DNA of 62,223 nucleotides, filler included, from Deltaproteobacteria bacterium (GTDB taxonomy: Bacteria; JAEEML01): the NCBI GenBank assembly GCA_016283195.1. It is 4 parts of 4 records of this genome, joined end to end, with 100 filler letters (N's around TTAATTAATTAA, not from the genome) between each part and the next. Parts side by side here need not be neighbours in the genome. Positions count along the whole stretch, not along the records: positions 19,028 to 47,320 come from JAEEML010000054.1; 3 more parts are not named here. One strand, written 5' to 3'. Positions 29,746-38,983 of the stretch are shown here, one piece after another (position 1 is the stretch's first letter; each line of letters opens with the position of its first letter). The translations under genes were made by a program, and so were the position numbers. Below the pieces are notes generated by a model. That model did not search any database and had not been told where the DNA came from. It worked only from the letters and a program-made list of their open reading frames with translations.

Positions 29746-30562
29746 CTGCTTTCCCGGTAATTATTTTAACAGCTTCAATCACTGCTTTCTGATTTTGGGC
29801 ATACTCTGCCGGGGTAGCTGCGGCCGCCTTTTTTTCGAATTCGCGCAATTTAGCCATTTCATTAGCAAAAATTGTTCTCACTTCGGCAATGGAAGCCGCC
29901 TCTTCGTAGTTACAAAAACTGCGCGCCAAAATGGCTCTGGTTGAGCCTAAGCGATAATGCTCCATAATGATTTTTTCGGCCGGCAAAAGCCCGGCGCCAA
30001 GGCGGGCAATGCCGCCAAAACCATAAGGAAAACCGGCTGCTTTTATTTTTTGGCAAATACGTTCAACGGTACCGTTAGCCAAAAGCTCAAACATGAATTT
30101 TAGCCCGTAGCTAAGGTGTAAATCATTTAAACCAATATGAAATTCATCTATTTCTTTAATGGATAAAACATCCGGCAAAATAGCTTCGGCCTCTTTGGTT
30201 TCCAAAAGCAAATTAGTTTTAGCTCTGCCGTTTACCGCTTTTAAAAAGTGCTCCACTTCGCCAAAAGTTTTCCACATGGGCAGCATCAGCACTTCGGCGC
30301 CGCTATCAAGAACCTTGGCTATTTCTTCATCAGAGCTTTTGTTCCAGGGATTTACGCGCACCATAAGCTGCGATTTTTTAAGAACTTTTTTAAGTTTTGC
30401 TATATCGCTTATTGAGTGGTGGGATCTAACTGTATTGCGCCCTTTTTGCCGCTCTTCTTTGCCCAAAACCTCTAAATCAATCCAGAGGCGGTTTACACCA
30501 TATTCTTCTGCAATTTTAGCTACTTCCGGATTATTGGTGATATAGAAGAGCTCTAAGGGCAT
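29729..30562 (-). CDS. HpcH/HpaI aldolase / citrate-lyase-like TIM-barrel enzyme of polysaccharide loci
   Basis: YITNNPE, IDLE...KEERQ, VRVNP, MLPM, LLLET, HIGLNDL. Start moved to 30562. Confidence 0.8.
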   Translation of the reverse strand: MPLELFYITNNPEVAKIAEEYGVNRLWIDLEVLGKEERQKGRNTVRSHHSISDIAKLKKVLKKSQLMVRVNPWNKSSDEEIAKVLDSGAEVLMLPMWKTFGEVEHFLKAVNGRAKTNLLLETKEAEAILPDVLSIKEIDEFHIGLNDLHLSYGLKFMFELLANGTVERICQKIKAAGFPYGFGGIARLGAGLLPAEKIIMEHYRLGSTRAILARSFCNYEEAASIAEVRTIFANEMAKLREFEKKAAAATPAEYAQNQKAVIEAVKIITGKADEWAR

Positions 30563-30593
30563 AGATTTTCTCTTTAAGAGGCTATGCTCTTTT

Positions 30594-31544
30594 TTATTTA
30601 GTGATGTGGGTGCCGGCTTTGCCGTCGATGGCTTCAGCCAGGTGGGCTGGGTCGGTAATAATGGCGTGTTTACCACCGGCCTTCAAAAAGTTGATAACAG
30701 CTTGCATTTTTGGCGCCATGGATCCTTTGGCAAAGTGCCCTTCGGCCAAATATTTTTCGGCTTCGGCCAGGGTGATATTGCCAAGGGCCTTTTGGTCGGG
30801 CTTGTTAAAATTGATATAAACCTGCGGCACGGCGGTGGAAATGATGAAGAGATCGGCTTCCAGGTTGGAAGCCAAAACAGCGGTGCCGAAATCTTTATCA
30901 ATAACGGCGGCTACACCATAGAGGTGGCCATCTTCTTTGCGGATAACCGGGATACCGCCGCCGCCGGTGCAAACTACCATAATACCGGCCTCAGCCAGTG
31001 TTTTAATAGCCGGAAATTCCACAATTTCCTTGGGGAGCGGTGAAGGCACCACGCGCCGCCAGCCGCGCCCGGCATCTTCTACAACTGTCCAGCCGAATTC
31101 TTTGGCCCGCGCTTTGGCCGTCTCTTCGTCCATAAAGGAGCCGATGGGCTTGGTGGGGTTAGAAAAAGCCTGATCTTTGGGGTCAACGATGGTCTGGGTG
31201 ACCACAGCGGCCACCTCTTTGTTAATGCCTTTATCTTTAAAGACATTATCGAGCGCCTGTTCCATCATATAGCCGATAGAGCCTTGAGTATTGGCGCCGG
31301 ATCCGTCCATGGGTTCCATAGGGAGCTCGTTAAGCGCGAGTTCCACGCGGCGCACCACATGGCCCACCTGCGGGCCGTTGCCGTGAGTCACTACCACGTT
31401 CCAGCCTTTGGCTACCATGCCGGCAATGTGGCCGGCTGTCTCGTGAGCCACGCCCAGCTGATCGGCAAAGCTATTGTGTTTATTGTCTTTAATGAGGGCG
31501 TTACCACCCACGGCTACTACCGCTAAATTTCCTTGTTTTGACAT
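30594..31544 (-). CDS. arcC: Carbamate kinase
   Basis: VAVGGNAL, THGNGPQVG, PTKPIG, GWRRVVPSP, GGGGIPV, VIDKD, GSMAPK. Confidence 0.95.
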   Translation of the reverse strand: MSKQGNLAVVAVGGNALIKDNKHNSFADQLGVAHETAGHIAGMVAKGWNVVVTHGNGPQVGHVVRRVELALNELPMEPMDGSGANTQGSIGYMMEQALDNVFKDKGINKEVAAVVTQTIVDPKDQAFSNPTKPIGSFMDEETAKARAKEFGWTVVEDAGRGWRRVVPSPLPKEIVEFPAIKTLAEAGIMVVCTGGGGIPVIRKEDGHLYGVAAVIDKDFGTAVLASNLEADLFIISTAVPQVYINFNKPDQKALGNITLAEAEKYLAEGHFAKGSMAPKMQAVINFLKAGGKHAIITDPAHLAEAIDGKAGTHITK

Positions 31545-31703
31545 AATATCTCCTTATATTCAGGCTAATTAGCCATTACTTTACTTACCAGAGGCTGCCG
31601 GCGGACGGGGCGGTGCATTAGCCCCACAAGCAGCTAGGTTCACACCTATACCCAAAAGGGCCAAAAAGAGCCATAGTTTTAAATTAATGCGCATAAAATT
31701 CCC

Positions 31704-33026
31704 CTAGTAGGCCGCTAAATAGCGCTCTATTTCCCAGGGATGCACCTGAGCAATATATTCCTGCCAGGCTCCCCGCTTGGCTCTGATAAAATTATGAGCA
31801 CAGTGTTCGCCTAAGGCATCCATAATGAGATTATCGGCCTCGAGAGCGTCAAGGGCCTCAGCGAGACTCCCCGGCAAATTTTTGAATTTATGCTGCTCCT
31901 CGGCAGAAAGATTATAAATATTTTCGGTAATGGGGTCCGGCGGCGTAAGTTTCTTTTCAATACCATCAAGGCCGGCCGACAAAATAGCTGCCAGAGTTAA
32001 ATAGGGATTACAGGAAGGATCCGGGCTCCTAAGTTCTATGCGCGTCGCCTGGCCGCTCCCCTCAGGAATGCGAATAAGCGGCGAGCGATTGCGCCGGGCC
32101 CAGGCAATAGTAGTTGGCGCTTCATAGCCGGGTACCAGCCGCTTGTAGGAATTAATCAGCGGATTGGCAATAGCGGTAATTGCCGGGGCATGAGCCAAAA
32201 TGCCGGCCAGATACTGGCGGGCAATATCACTCAGCCCATAGAGCCCACTCGGATCATGAAAAACATTGCGCCCTCTTTGGCAAAGAGACTGATTAACATG
32301 CATACCGGAGCCGCACTGGCCATAAATGGGTTTGGGCATAAAAGTAGCGTGCAGATTGTAATTAAGCGCCGCTTTGCGCACCACAAATTTAAAAGTGCAA
32401 ATATTATCGGCGGCATTTAAAGCGCTCAAATAGTGAAAATCAATCTCATGCTGGGCCACTGCCACCTCGTGATGACTGGCTTCAATTTCAAAGCCCATTT
32501 GCTCCAGCCATTCCACAATCTGGCGGCGGCAGAGCTCGCCTCGGTCAATAGGCGTTAAATCAAAATAGCCGCCGGCATCATGCGTTTTGGTGGTGATATT
32601 GCCCTTTTCGTCGCGGTGGAAAAGAAAAAATTCAATCTCCGGCCCCACCATAAATTCAAAACCAAGAGCTGCGGCCTTGGCCAAAGCTTTTTTCAGCACC
32701 GTGCGCGGGCAGCCCATAAAAGGCTCACCATCAGCGCCGGCAATATCGCAGATAACTCTGGCCTCTTTGCCGGATTCCCCGCCGTCGTGCCAGGGCAAAA
32801 TAGCAAAAGTAGAAAGATCGGGCTTTAAAATCATGTCCGATTCTTCAATGCGGGCAAAGCCTTGAATGGAGGAGCCATCAAAGCAAATATGGCCGGAAAG
32901 AGCTTTATCCAGTTGGCTTAAAGGTACCTCCACATTTTTGTTTATGCCCATAATATCGGTAAATTGCAGGCGAATGAAGCGTACGCCCATCTTTTCGCAT
33001 TTTTTAATAATCTCTTCTTTATCCAT
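31704..33026 (-). CDS. glnA: Glutamine synthetase type I
   Basis: FDGSSIQGFARIEESDM, HHEVA, ATFMPKP, GSGMH, SYKRLVPGYEAP, RIELRSPD. Confidence 0.95.
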   Translation of the reverse strand: MDKEEIIKKCEKMGVRFIRLQFTDIMGINKNVEVPLSQLDKALSGHICFDGSSIQGFARIEESDMILKPDLSTFAILPWHDGGESGKEARVICDIAGADGEPFMGCPRTVLKKALAKAAALGFEFMVGPEIEFFLFHRDEKGNITTKTHDAGGYFDLTPIDRGELCRRQIVEWLEQMGFEIEASHHEVAVAQHEIDFHYLSALNAADNICTFKFVVRKAALNYNLHATFMPKPIYGQCGSGMHVNQSLCQRGRNVFHDPSGLYGLSDIARQYLAGILAHAPAITAIANPLINSYKRLVPGYEAPTTIAWARRNRSPLIRIPEGSGQATRIELRSPDPSCNPYLTLAAILSAGLDGIEKKLTPPDPITENIYNLSAEEQHKFKNLPGSLAEALDALEADNLIMDALGEHCAHNFIRAKRGAWQEYIAQVHPWEIERYLAAY

Positions 33027-33103
33027 TTTAGCTTCCTCCAGGAGCCAGAGGGCTAGTAGCACGAAGTAACGATTCTAGCAAGTATCAGAAACAAATATCC
33101 TTA

Positions 33104-33532
33104 TTAAATAACATAGTTATTATCCTGACCGCCTCTAACTAAATCGGCCAAAGTAACAGCGGAAAAATAATCAATTGTGGCTTTATAATACCCCTCCCAT
33201 AGAGATAATGTGCGACATTCCGCCGCCCTTGAACAAGGAGAAGCATCACTTTTAAGGCAGGAAACCGGTGCTAAATCGCCCTCGGCGCTTTTTAATATTT
33301 CCCACACAGTATATTGATCCGGCGCCTTTTTAAGGCGATACCCGCCACCTTTGCCATGCACCGTTTCAATAAGATCATTCTTTTTTAATTCCGGCATAAT
33401 ACGCTCTATATATTTAAAGGATATTTCCTGACGGGCGGCCACATCCTTGATGGGTATATAGTCAGCGGAATAGTGCTCGGCCAAGTCAATCATCACCCTT
33501 AAGGCATAACGGCCTTTGGTGGAAATCATCAT
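33104..33532 (-). CDS. Rrf2 family transcriptional regulator with three conserved Cys
   Basis: STKGRYALR, GKGGGYRL, C-x7-C-x5-C. Confidence 0.92.
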   Translation of the reverse strand: MMISTKGRYALRVMIDLAEHYSADYIPIKDVAARQEISFKYIERIMPELKKNDLIETVHGKGGGYRLKKAPDQYTVWEILKSAEGDLAPVSCLKSDASPCSRAAECRTLSLWEGYYKATIDYFSAVTLADLVRGGQDNNYVI

Positions 33533-33546
33533 TATTTTTACCTCCC

Positions 33547-34839
33547 TTATGAGCGACTCTTTTTTTCAAGTATTTCGTCAATATATTTAAGCCGCGCCTC
33601 TACATCCTTTTCCCGCCCGATGGGCTCTAAAGATACCAATATCTCATCTTTCAGTTCATCGGGCAAAAATTGCATTTTGGCAATATGGGCCGGAAAATCA
33701 TGAGCATAGGCATAACCGGCTCCATAGCCCAGTTCTTTTCTATCATAAGAAGTAACGGCATTTATTACACTTTTGGGCGGCTCTAAATTACCGTGTTTTC
33801 TGGCCAGATCTCTTGAGGCCATGAGCGCCCGACAGACACTGTTGGATTTTGGCGCTATAGCGAGATACATGACAGCATGCGTCAGCGCATATTCCCCCTC
33901 CGGCAGGCCCACAAACTGGAGAGCCGTAAGAGCTCTATTCACCATAGCTATAGCCATAGGATCGGCGAGACCTATATCCTCACTGGCAAAAATCATCATG
34001 CGCCGCAAAATAAAGAGCGGATCCTCGCCACCTTGCAACATTCTTTGCAAATAATAGAGCGCCGCATCAACATCGCTGCCGCGCATACTCTTAATAAAGG
34101 CGCTGATTAAGTGATAGTGGCTATCGCGATCTTTATCGTGAATCATCATGGGTTTATCCATGATTTCATTCAAAAGATCCATGGTAAATTCCTGCTTTTC
34201 GCTGCTGGCGGCCGCCGCGCCTATTTCTAAAAGAGTGAGCGCCCGCCTAGCATCGCCATCGGAGATAAAGGCTATTTGCCTGATTATATCTTCACCGACG
34301 CTTATTTCCTGGCCAAGCCAGCTCGGTGCCTTTTCGAGCGCTTTTTTTAAGAGCTTTTGCAAATGCTCTTCACTAAGTTTTTTAAGAGCAAAAATACGCA
34401 CCCGGGAAAGGAGAGCGCCGTTTATTTCAAAAGAGGGATTTTCCGTGGTGGCGCCGATTAAAGTAATGGTGCCGTTTTCCACATAGGGCAAAAGAGCATC
34501 TTGCTGAGCGCGGTTAAAACGGTGAATTTCGTCTAAAAAAAGCACTGTTTTATTCTTTAAGAGGCTGTGCGCTCCGGCCTCCTCGGCCACTTTGCGCACC
34601 TCTTTTACACCGGCGCTCACCGCTGAAAGTGTTACAAAATTGGCTCCCACGGCCTGCGCCAAAAGATGGGCCAAAGTGGTTTTGCCGCTGCCCGGCGGCC
34701 CCCACAAAATAAGCGAGGGTAAGTTCCCGGAACTTATGAGATTATTTAGAATACGGCCCTTGCCCAAAAGGTGTTCCTGGCCTACTACTTCTGCTATATT
34801 TTGCGGCCTTAAAAGTTCGGCCAGCGGCTTATCGTTCAT
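33547..34839 (-). CDS. rarA: Replication-associated recombination protein A (MgsA/RarA)
   Basis: PLAELLRP, GPPGSGKTT, DEIHRFN, GATTENPSF, ISAFIKSMRGSD, SEDIGLAD. Confidence 0.95.
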   Translation of the reverse strand: MNDKPLAELLRPQNIAEVVGQEHLLGKGRILNNLISSGNLPSLILWGPPGSGKTTLAHLLAQAVGANFVTLSAVSAGVKEVRKVAEEAGAHSLLKNKTVLFLDEIHRFNRAQQDALLPYVENGTITLIGATTENPSFEINGALLSRVRIFALKKLSEEHLQKLLKKALEKAPSWLGQEISVGEDIIRQIAFISDGDARRALTLLEIGAAAASSEKQEFTMDLLNEIMDKPMMIHDKDRDSHYHLISAFIKSMRGSDVDAALYYLQRMLQGGEDPLFILRRMMIFASEDIGLADPMAIAMVNRALTALQFVGLPEGEYALTHAVMYLAIAPKSNSVCRALMASRDLARKHGNLEPPKSVINAVTSYDRKELGYGAGYAYAHDFPAHIAKMQFLPDELKDEILVSLEPIGREKDVEARLKYIDEILEKKSRS

Positions 34840-34947
34840 GGTTCCTCACCCAAAAAACGCCACCTCTTTGTTATCACATCATCATGGCTCTAGCCACAAT
34901 TTATAAAAGCTGCTACAATAGCTCCCGGACTTTTGGGAGACGATTCC

Positions 34948-35295
34948 ATGAATTCCATTCTCTTTGTCGATGACGATCCTTTGATGGTGCGGATTATCAA
35001 AGACAAATTAAAAAAGCGCGCCATTTTTACCGCCAGCAGTCTCGCAGAATGTAAAGATTTTTTTGCCGCCGGTCATAAGCCTGATCTCATCATTTGCGAC
35101 TATTTTCTTAAAGACGGCGAAACGGCTCTCCAAGTGGCAAAACTCGTAAAAGAGTCCAATTTACCGGGTGTTCGCCTCATTTGTGTCTCAGCCGATACTT
35201 CACTTAAAGAGGTGGAGGCTTCAAAAGGCATTTTTGAAGCGGTAATAGAAAAAGCAACTCCTAAATTCTTTGAATTTATTGATAATCTTCGCTAA
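34948..35295 (+). CDS. Single-domain response regulator
   Basis: ILFVDDD, PDLIICD, conserved S and K positions; no output domain. Confidence 0.8.
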   Translation: MNSILFVDDDPLMVRIIKDKLKKRAIFTASSLAECKDFFAAGHKPDLIICDYFLKDGETALQVAKLVKESNLPGVRLICVSADTSLKEVEASKGIFEAVIEKATPKFFEFIDNLR

Positions 35296-35305
35296 AGGAT
35301 GACAC

Positions 35306-35584
35306 ATGAAAAAGAATTTTTTGGCCGTTTCTCTTTTCTCTTTTTTCTTTCTTATGGGCTGCAGCAAAGACTATGTGCAAATTTGCAAAGACATTTATGA
35401 AGAAATCAATAACCTGTCATGCATAAAGACCAACGAAAAATTCAATATTGAGGAGATGTGCCCGGAAAGCTACAACAGCGGCGATTATAATTACGACAAA
35501 TTCTTTGAATGCGTCAAAAAAAGCCGCACCTGCGATGAAAATGGCGAGTTTATCGATAATATCGGCGACTGCGTAGCTAAATAA
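35306..35584 (+). CDS. Small Cys-rich lipoprotein
   Basis: Lipobox LMGC; six further Cys. Confidence 0.7.
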   Translation: MKKNFLAVSLFSFFFLMGCSKDYVQICKDIYEEINNLSCIKTNEKFNIEEMCPESYNSGDYNYDKFFECVKKSRTCDENGEFIDNIGDCVAK

Positions 35585-35598
35585 CCTGCCGACGGCGC

Positions 35599-38139
35599 TT
35601 ATTCCTTTTTAGCTCTCTTTTTAAAATAAATTCTTATACTTATGGTCATGACAATTATAAAAATAGTCGCCAGTAATACCTTATTCAAATTAAAATCGAA
35701 AAACACATCCAGCGGGCGGTAATAGGTAAAGAGCATGTGCCTTTTGGTAGCGCGCATTTTATCTTCAACATGGTGAATAACCGCCATTTTTTCGCCCCAG
35801 GGCGCCGCTTCAAAATAGACATAAGGCAAAAATTTAGCCTGCACAGCCGCCGAAAGTTCCGTTTCTCCCTCTTTTAAGAAATGCTCTCTTTTTTCCTTTG
35901 AAAGAGCTTTAAAAGCTGGAAAACAAGCAGCCAGGCGATAAGCCTCCGCTTGATCGCTCCACCATTCGGCAAAGGCTATTTTTTTGCTTTCTTCATCTAT
36001 ATTCTGCCAAAAATATTCCAAAAATTCCGCTTCAATGCTATCGAGAGAATCATACCAGCTGGCCACCACCGCCGCCGAAAGAGCTTCAATATTCATGCCG
36101 AACCAGGGAGCTACATCGCTCCCCCCATCCGGAGCCGGCACCATTTCATCATTAACAGAGCTCTCTTTTTTCTTTAAAAGATCAGCGGCGTATTCAGGAT
36201 TTAGGCGCTGCCACCAATTATTTAAATATTCCGTGCGCTGCTTTTGCGCGAGAGATTGCCACCATCTGGCCGGCTCCATAGCCACCACTGGCGGCTGCAT
36301 AGCCAGCCATATTTCCGTGATAACGCGCTTTTTATCGCGCTCGGAAAATTCCTCCGGCCCGCGCTCCAAACAGAGGCTTTGGCCATCAAAACGGGCTTTT
36401 TGCTCTTCATTATACCAATGAATTTTCAGCTCCTCGGGAATGCGCAGCCAATAGCGCTTAAGTGCTTTATGATAATTCTCGTTGTTATCTTTAAGCCATT
36501 TACGCGCCGCATCCACAATATATTCCGGGTATTCCTGAAGCGCTTTGGACATAGCGGCATCCATTTCGGCATCGGTATATTCAAAATAGCCGCTAAGAGC
36601 CACTTCCTGCCAAACATCCCAATCTCCGCGCACTATAGCAGAAATAGGCCCTTTTACTCTATTTCCCGCTCTATCTTCCACTTCCAGCTGATAACGCACA
36701 TTATTGCTACGCATAAGGCGCGTAAGAGAAACCCTATCTTCATAATATATGCTGCCCGCTTTTAAAGTGGCTATATGCTCAAATTCCTCTTCGCTCACAC
36801 TGCGGTAAAGATGATAATATTTAAGGGCATTAGGCGCGCCGTTTTCGCCTTTATTCGGCACCTCTTCACTGGGAGATAGCGGCCAAGAGACAGCAATAAC
36901 ATCCAAATCATGATAGACTTTTTCTGTCCTGTTGCGGCTTTGATCATCGCGCCAGTCATCATTAATCAGCGCTTTGGCGCTAATAGTAGCAGGTGCGGCC
37001 GGCTCTTTTACCGGGCAAGAGACAATCAGCGATTCCAAAGTAGAGGAAAAACCGGCCATAGTCTCGATTTGGGCCATATATTCAAAAGCTTTGCCCATCG
37101 GCAGATGGTCTTTTATCACCTCGCTGCCGCTAAAAGCCCGGTAATCCACTTCGCTTAAATCCTTGCTGCCGCTCCAGGAAAGGCCATCAAATTGCACTTC
37201 CTTTTTCTTTAAATTAAGAAAAGCTCTAAAAGGCTCTTTATTTAAAAGTTCACCGGCAGTAGCCCGGCGCCCTACCCCTATAGCCACCTCTATTTCTTCG
37301 CTGGCTCCGTCTAAACACCTTGCGGTCATGGCAATATTATATGGGGGCAGTTTTTCTTCTAAAGCAGCAGCCAGGTTTTGCACTTTTAAAAGGCGTTTTA
37401 CAAAAAGATCCACTTTTCTGCTGTAATCGCGGCTCACTATTTCCGGAGTAAAACCAATTTCCACCCCGGATTCCGCAGCGGCAGCCAGCGTATCAAGGAG
37501 CACTTTAAGTGAGCTGTTAAGGCGCACCAAAAGCGGGTATTTTTCCCCGGAATCCGCATCTTCGGCCCCAGCTTTATTTATAGCTATTAAATCCCTCTGC
37601 ACCGCCAAAACGGCCTCTTCTATTTCATCAAGAGCTTCATCGTCATCTTTAAAGCGCGTCTCCACACCGGAGATATTTTGTCCATATTTTTCATAGAGTT
37701 TTATCTCATTTTTTATAATGGAAAAATCAAGAATTATAGCCTGAAGCTCATTAAAAAGCTCTTGCGGCCGGGAAAAATCCTCACCATCGGCAAATTGGTT
37801 CAAAAGATCCTGATGTACCATCTTCAAAAGAGGCGGCAGCTCGTCGGTATCGGCGTTATTAAGCCCTTTTTGGGCATATTGCATGGTAACGCGCCAGGCA
37901 GCATGGCGGGAATTAGTGTCGCTCTGCTCTTTTTCCGCCTCTTCGGTAAACTGGGCCAGTAAATTTTCCAGCTCGCGCAGCACCAGGCGATAACTGTCAA
38001 TCGCCTTTTCTATAGAAGCCATAGTGCGGCTTAGGGAGTAGTCTTTAGGAGCATTTTCTTGCGCCTCGGCCTTAGAAAGAAAAAGGGTAAAAAAAGCCAT
38101 AGTAAATGTTAATATAGCATTTTTATTAAAAAATTTCAT
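35599..38139 (-). CDS. Large secreted, C-terminally anchored protein (helical N-terminus, Fn3-like domain, Trp-rich helical repeats)
   Basis: Signal peptide (AEA); VSWPLSP...YHLYRS...YYED...YQLEVED Fn3-like pattern; repeated W-x-x-L-x-x-E/K; C-terminal TM followed by KKRAKKE. Confidence 0.7.
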   Translation of the reverse strand: MKFFNKNAILTFTMAFFTLFLSKAEAQENAPKDYSLSRTMASIEKAIDSYRLVLRELENLLAQFTEEAEKEQSDTNSRHAAWRVTMQYAQKGLNNADTDELPPLLKMVHQDLLNQFADGEDFSRPQELFNELQAIILDFSIIKNEIKLYEKYGQNISGVETRFKDDDEALDEIEEAVLAVQRDLIAINKAGAEDADSGEKYPLLVRLNSSLKVLLDTLAAAAESGVEIGFTPEIVSRDYSRKVDLFVKRLLKVQNLAAALEEKLPPYNIAMTARCLDGASEEIEVAIGVGRRATAGELLNKEPFRAFLNLKKKEVQFDGLSWSGSKDLSEVDYRAFSGSEVIKDHLPMGKAFEYMAQIETMAGFSSTLESLIVSCPVKEPAAPATISAKALINDDWRDDQSRNRTEKVYHDLDVIAVSWPLSPSEEVPNKGENGAPNALKYYHLYRSVSEEEFEHIATLKAGSIYYEDRVSLTRLMRSNNVRYQLEVEDRAGNRVKGPISAIVRGDWDVWQEVALSGYFEYTDAEMDAAMSKALQEYPEYIVDAARKWLKDNNENYHKALKRYWLRIPEELKIHWYNEEQKARFDGQSLCLERGPEEFSERDKKRVITEIWLAMQPPVVAMEPARWWQSLAQKQRTEYLNNWWQRLNPEYAADLLKKKESSVNDEMVPAPDGGSDVAPWFGMNIEALSAAVVASWYDSLDSIEAEFLEYFWQNIDEESKKIAFAEWWSDQAEAYRLAACFPAFKALSKEKREHFLKEGETELSAAVQAKFLPYVYFEAAPWGEKMAVIHHVEDKMRATKRHMLFTYYRPLDVFFDFNLNKVLLATIFIIVMTISIRIYFKKRAKKE

Positions 38140-38179
38140 TTTTTATTCCTTTTAATTTGCCCAAGCTAACCTCACCCCT

Positions 38180-38320
38180 GACGGCGGCTTTTTCGCCGCA
38201 GATTTTTTTGCCCCGCAAAAGTTGCCAAGCTTCCTTCTCAGCTTTTGTTGGTACTTTGCGAAATTGCTTTGCCAGAGCCAGCTTCTCTCTGTTTATTCTC
38301 TGATTTCTAGCAATATTTTG
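38180..38320 (-). pseudogene. N-terminal fragment of a DUF559-like endonuclease
   Basis: KLALAKQFRKVPTKAEKEAWQLLRGKKICG matches the DUF559 N-terminus; similarity stops before the FRRQ motif. Boundaries approximate. Confidence 0.55.
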
Positions 38321-38334
38321 TACTAGTTCTGTTT

Positions 38335-38463
38335 GCCCCCTCTCCGCTTGGGGGAGGGGGCGGCCAGCCGTATGGCTGGCGGGGGTGGGGTCTAATGTTG
38401 CTTCCTCGCCAATTGGGCTGGCAAAATGGCTGTCAGCCGTAGGCTGACTGGGGGTGGGGTCTG
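38335..38463. repeat. REP-like GC-rich hairpin cluster
   Basis: Hairpin GCCCCCTCTCC/GGGGAGGGGGC (38335-38361); two related units, each a CAGCC-GTA(T)-GGCTG hairpin followed by GGGGGTGGGGTCT (starting about 38363 and 38432). Confidence 0.65.
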
Positions 38464-38465
38464 AA

Positions 38466-38852
38466 TTATTCTTCGTCAATAGCCGCTTCATTCAGCTCAT
38501 AGCCGGAGAAATCAGAGGGCTCAAAATCAGAATTGCCGGAACGGCGCAAATCGCGGCGGCGCTCAATTTCCCGCTTCATTTGACGAGCCAAGCGATCTTT
38601 CGCGAGATCGATAGCTTTATAGAGATCATCGGCTTTTTCGGTGATGTTTATGGTTTTGCCCTTGGGGATAGAGAGAGTAATGCGGCACTCTTTATCATCG
38701 CCTTTATTGGCTTCGGTATCGGTGAGTTCCACATCCACGATGAGTGCGGGATGGTTTAAAATACGCTCGACGTGTTTGCCGATCTTCTCCGCTACATATT
38801 CCTTCATCGCCTCGGTAAGTTGTAAATGATGTCCTTTAACAATGAGCTGCAT
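38466..38852 (-). CDS. hpf: Ribosome hibernation promoting factor (HPF/RaiA family)
   Basis: GHHLQLTEAMKEYV, DLYKAID, RLARQM; GGAGG RBS. Confidence 0.88.
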   Translation of the reverse strand: MQLIVKGHHLQLTEAMKEYVAEKIGKHVERILNHPALIVDVELTDTEANKGDDKECRITLSIPKGKTINITEKADDLYKAIDLAKDRLARQMKREIERRRDLRRSGNSDFEPSDFSGYELNEAAIDEE

Positions 38853-38983
38853 GATTTTCCTCCTTCAGCCTTATTTGAGGGATTAAAAAAAACAGGTTGT
38901 CAGACAAAGCGACTTCCATAATGGCTATACTAGCACCCAATTCTTACATTGCCACACTTTTTTTAGAAAAATTGCACATTAGG

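Noticed and set aside
38126-38491. 121-aa ORF as an intact gene
   Set aside because: It reads through hairpin repeats into a DUF559 fragment and overlaps both neighbours.
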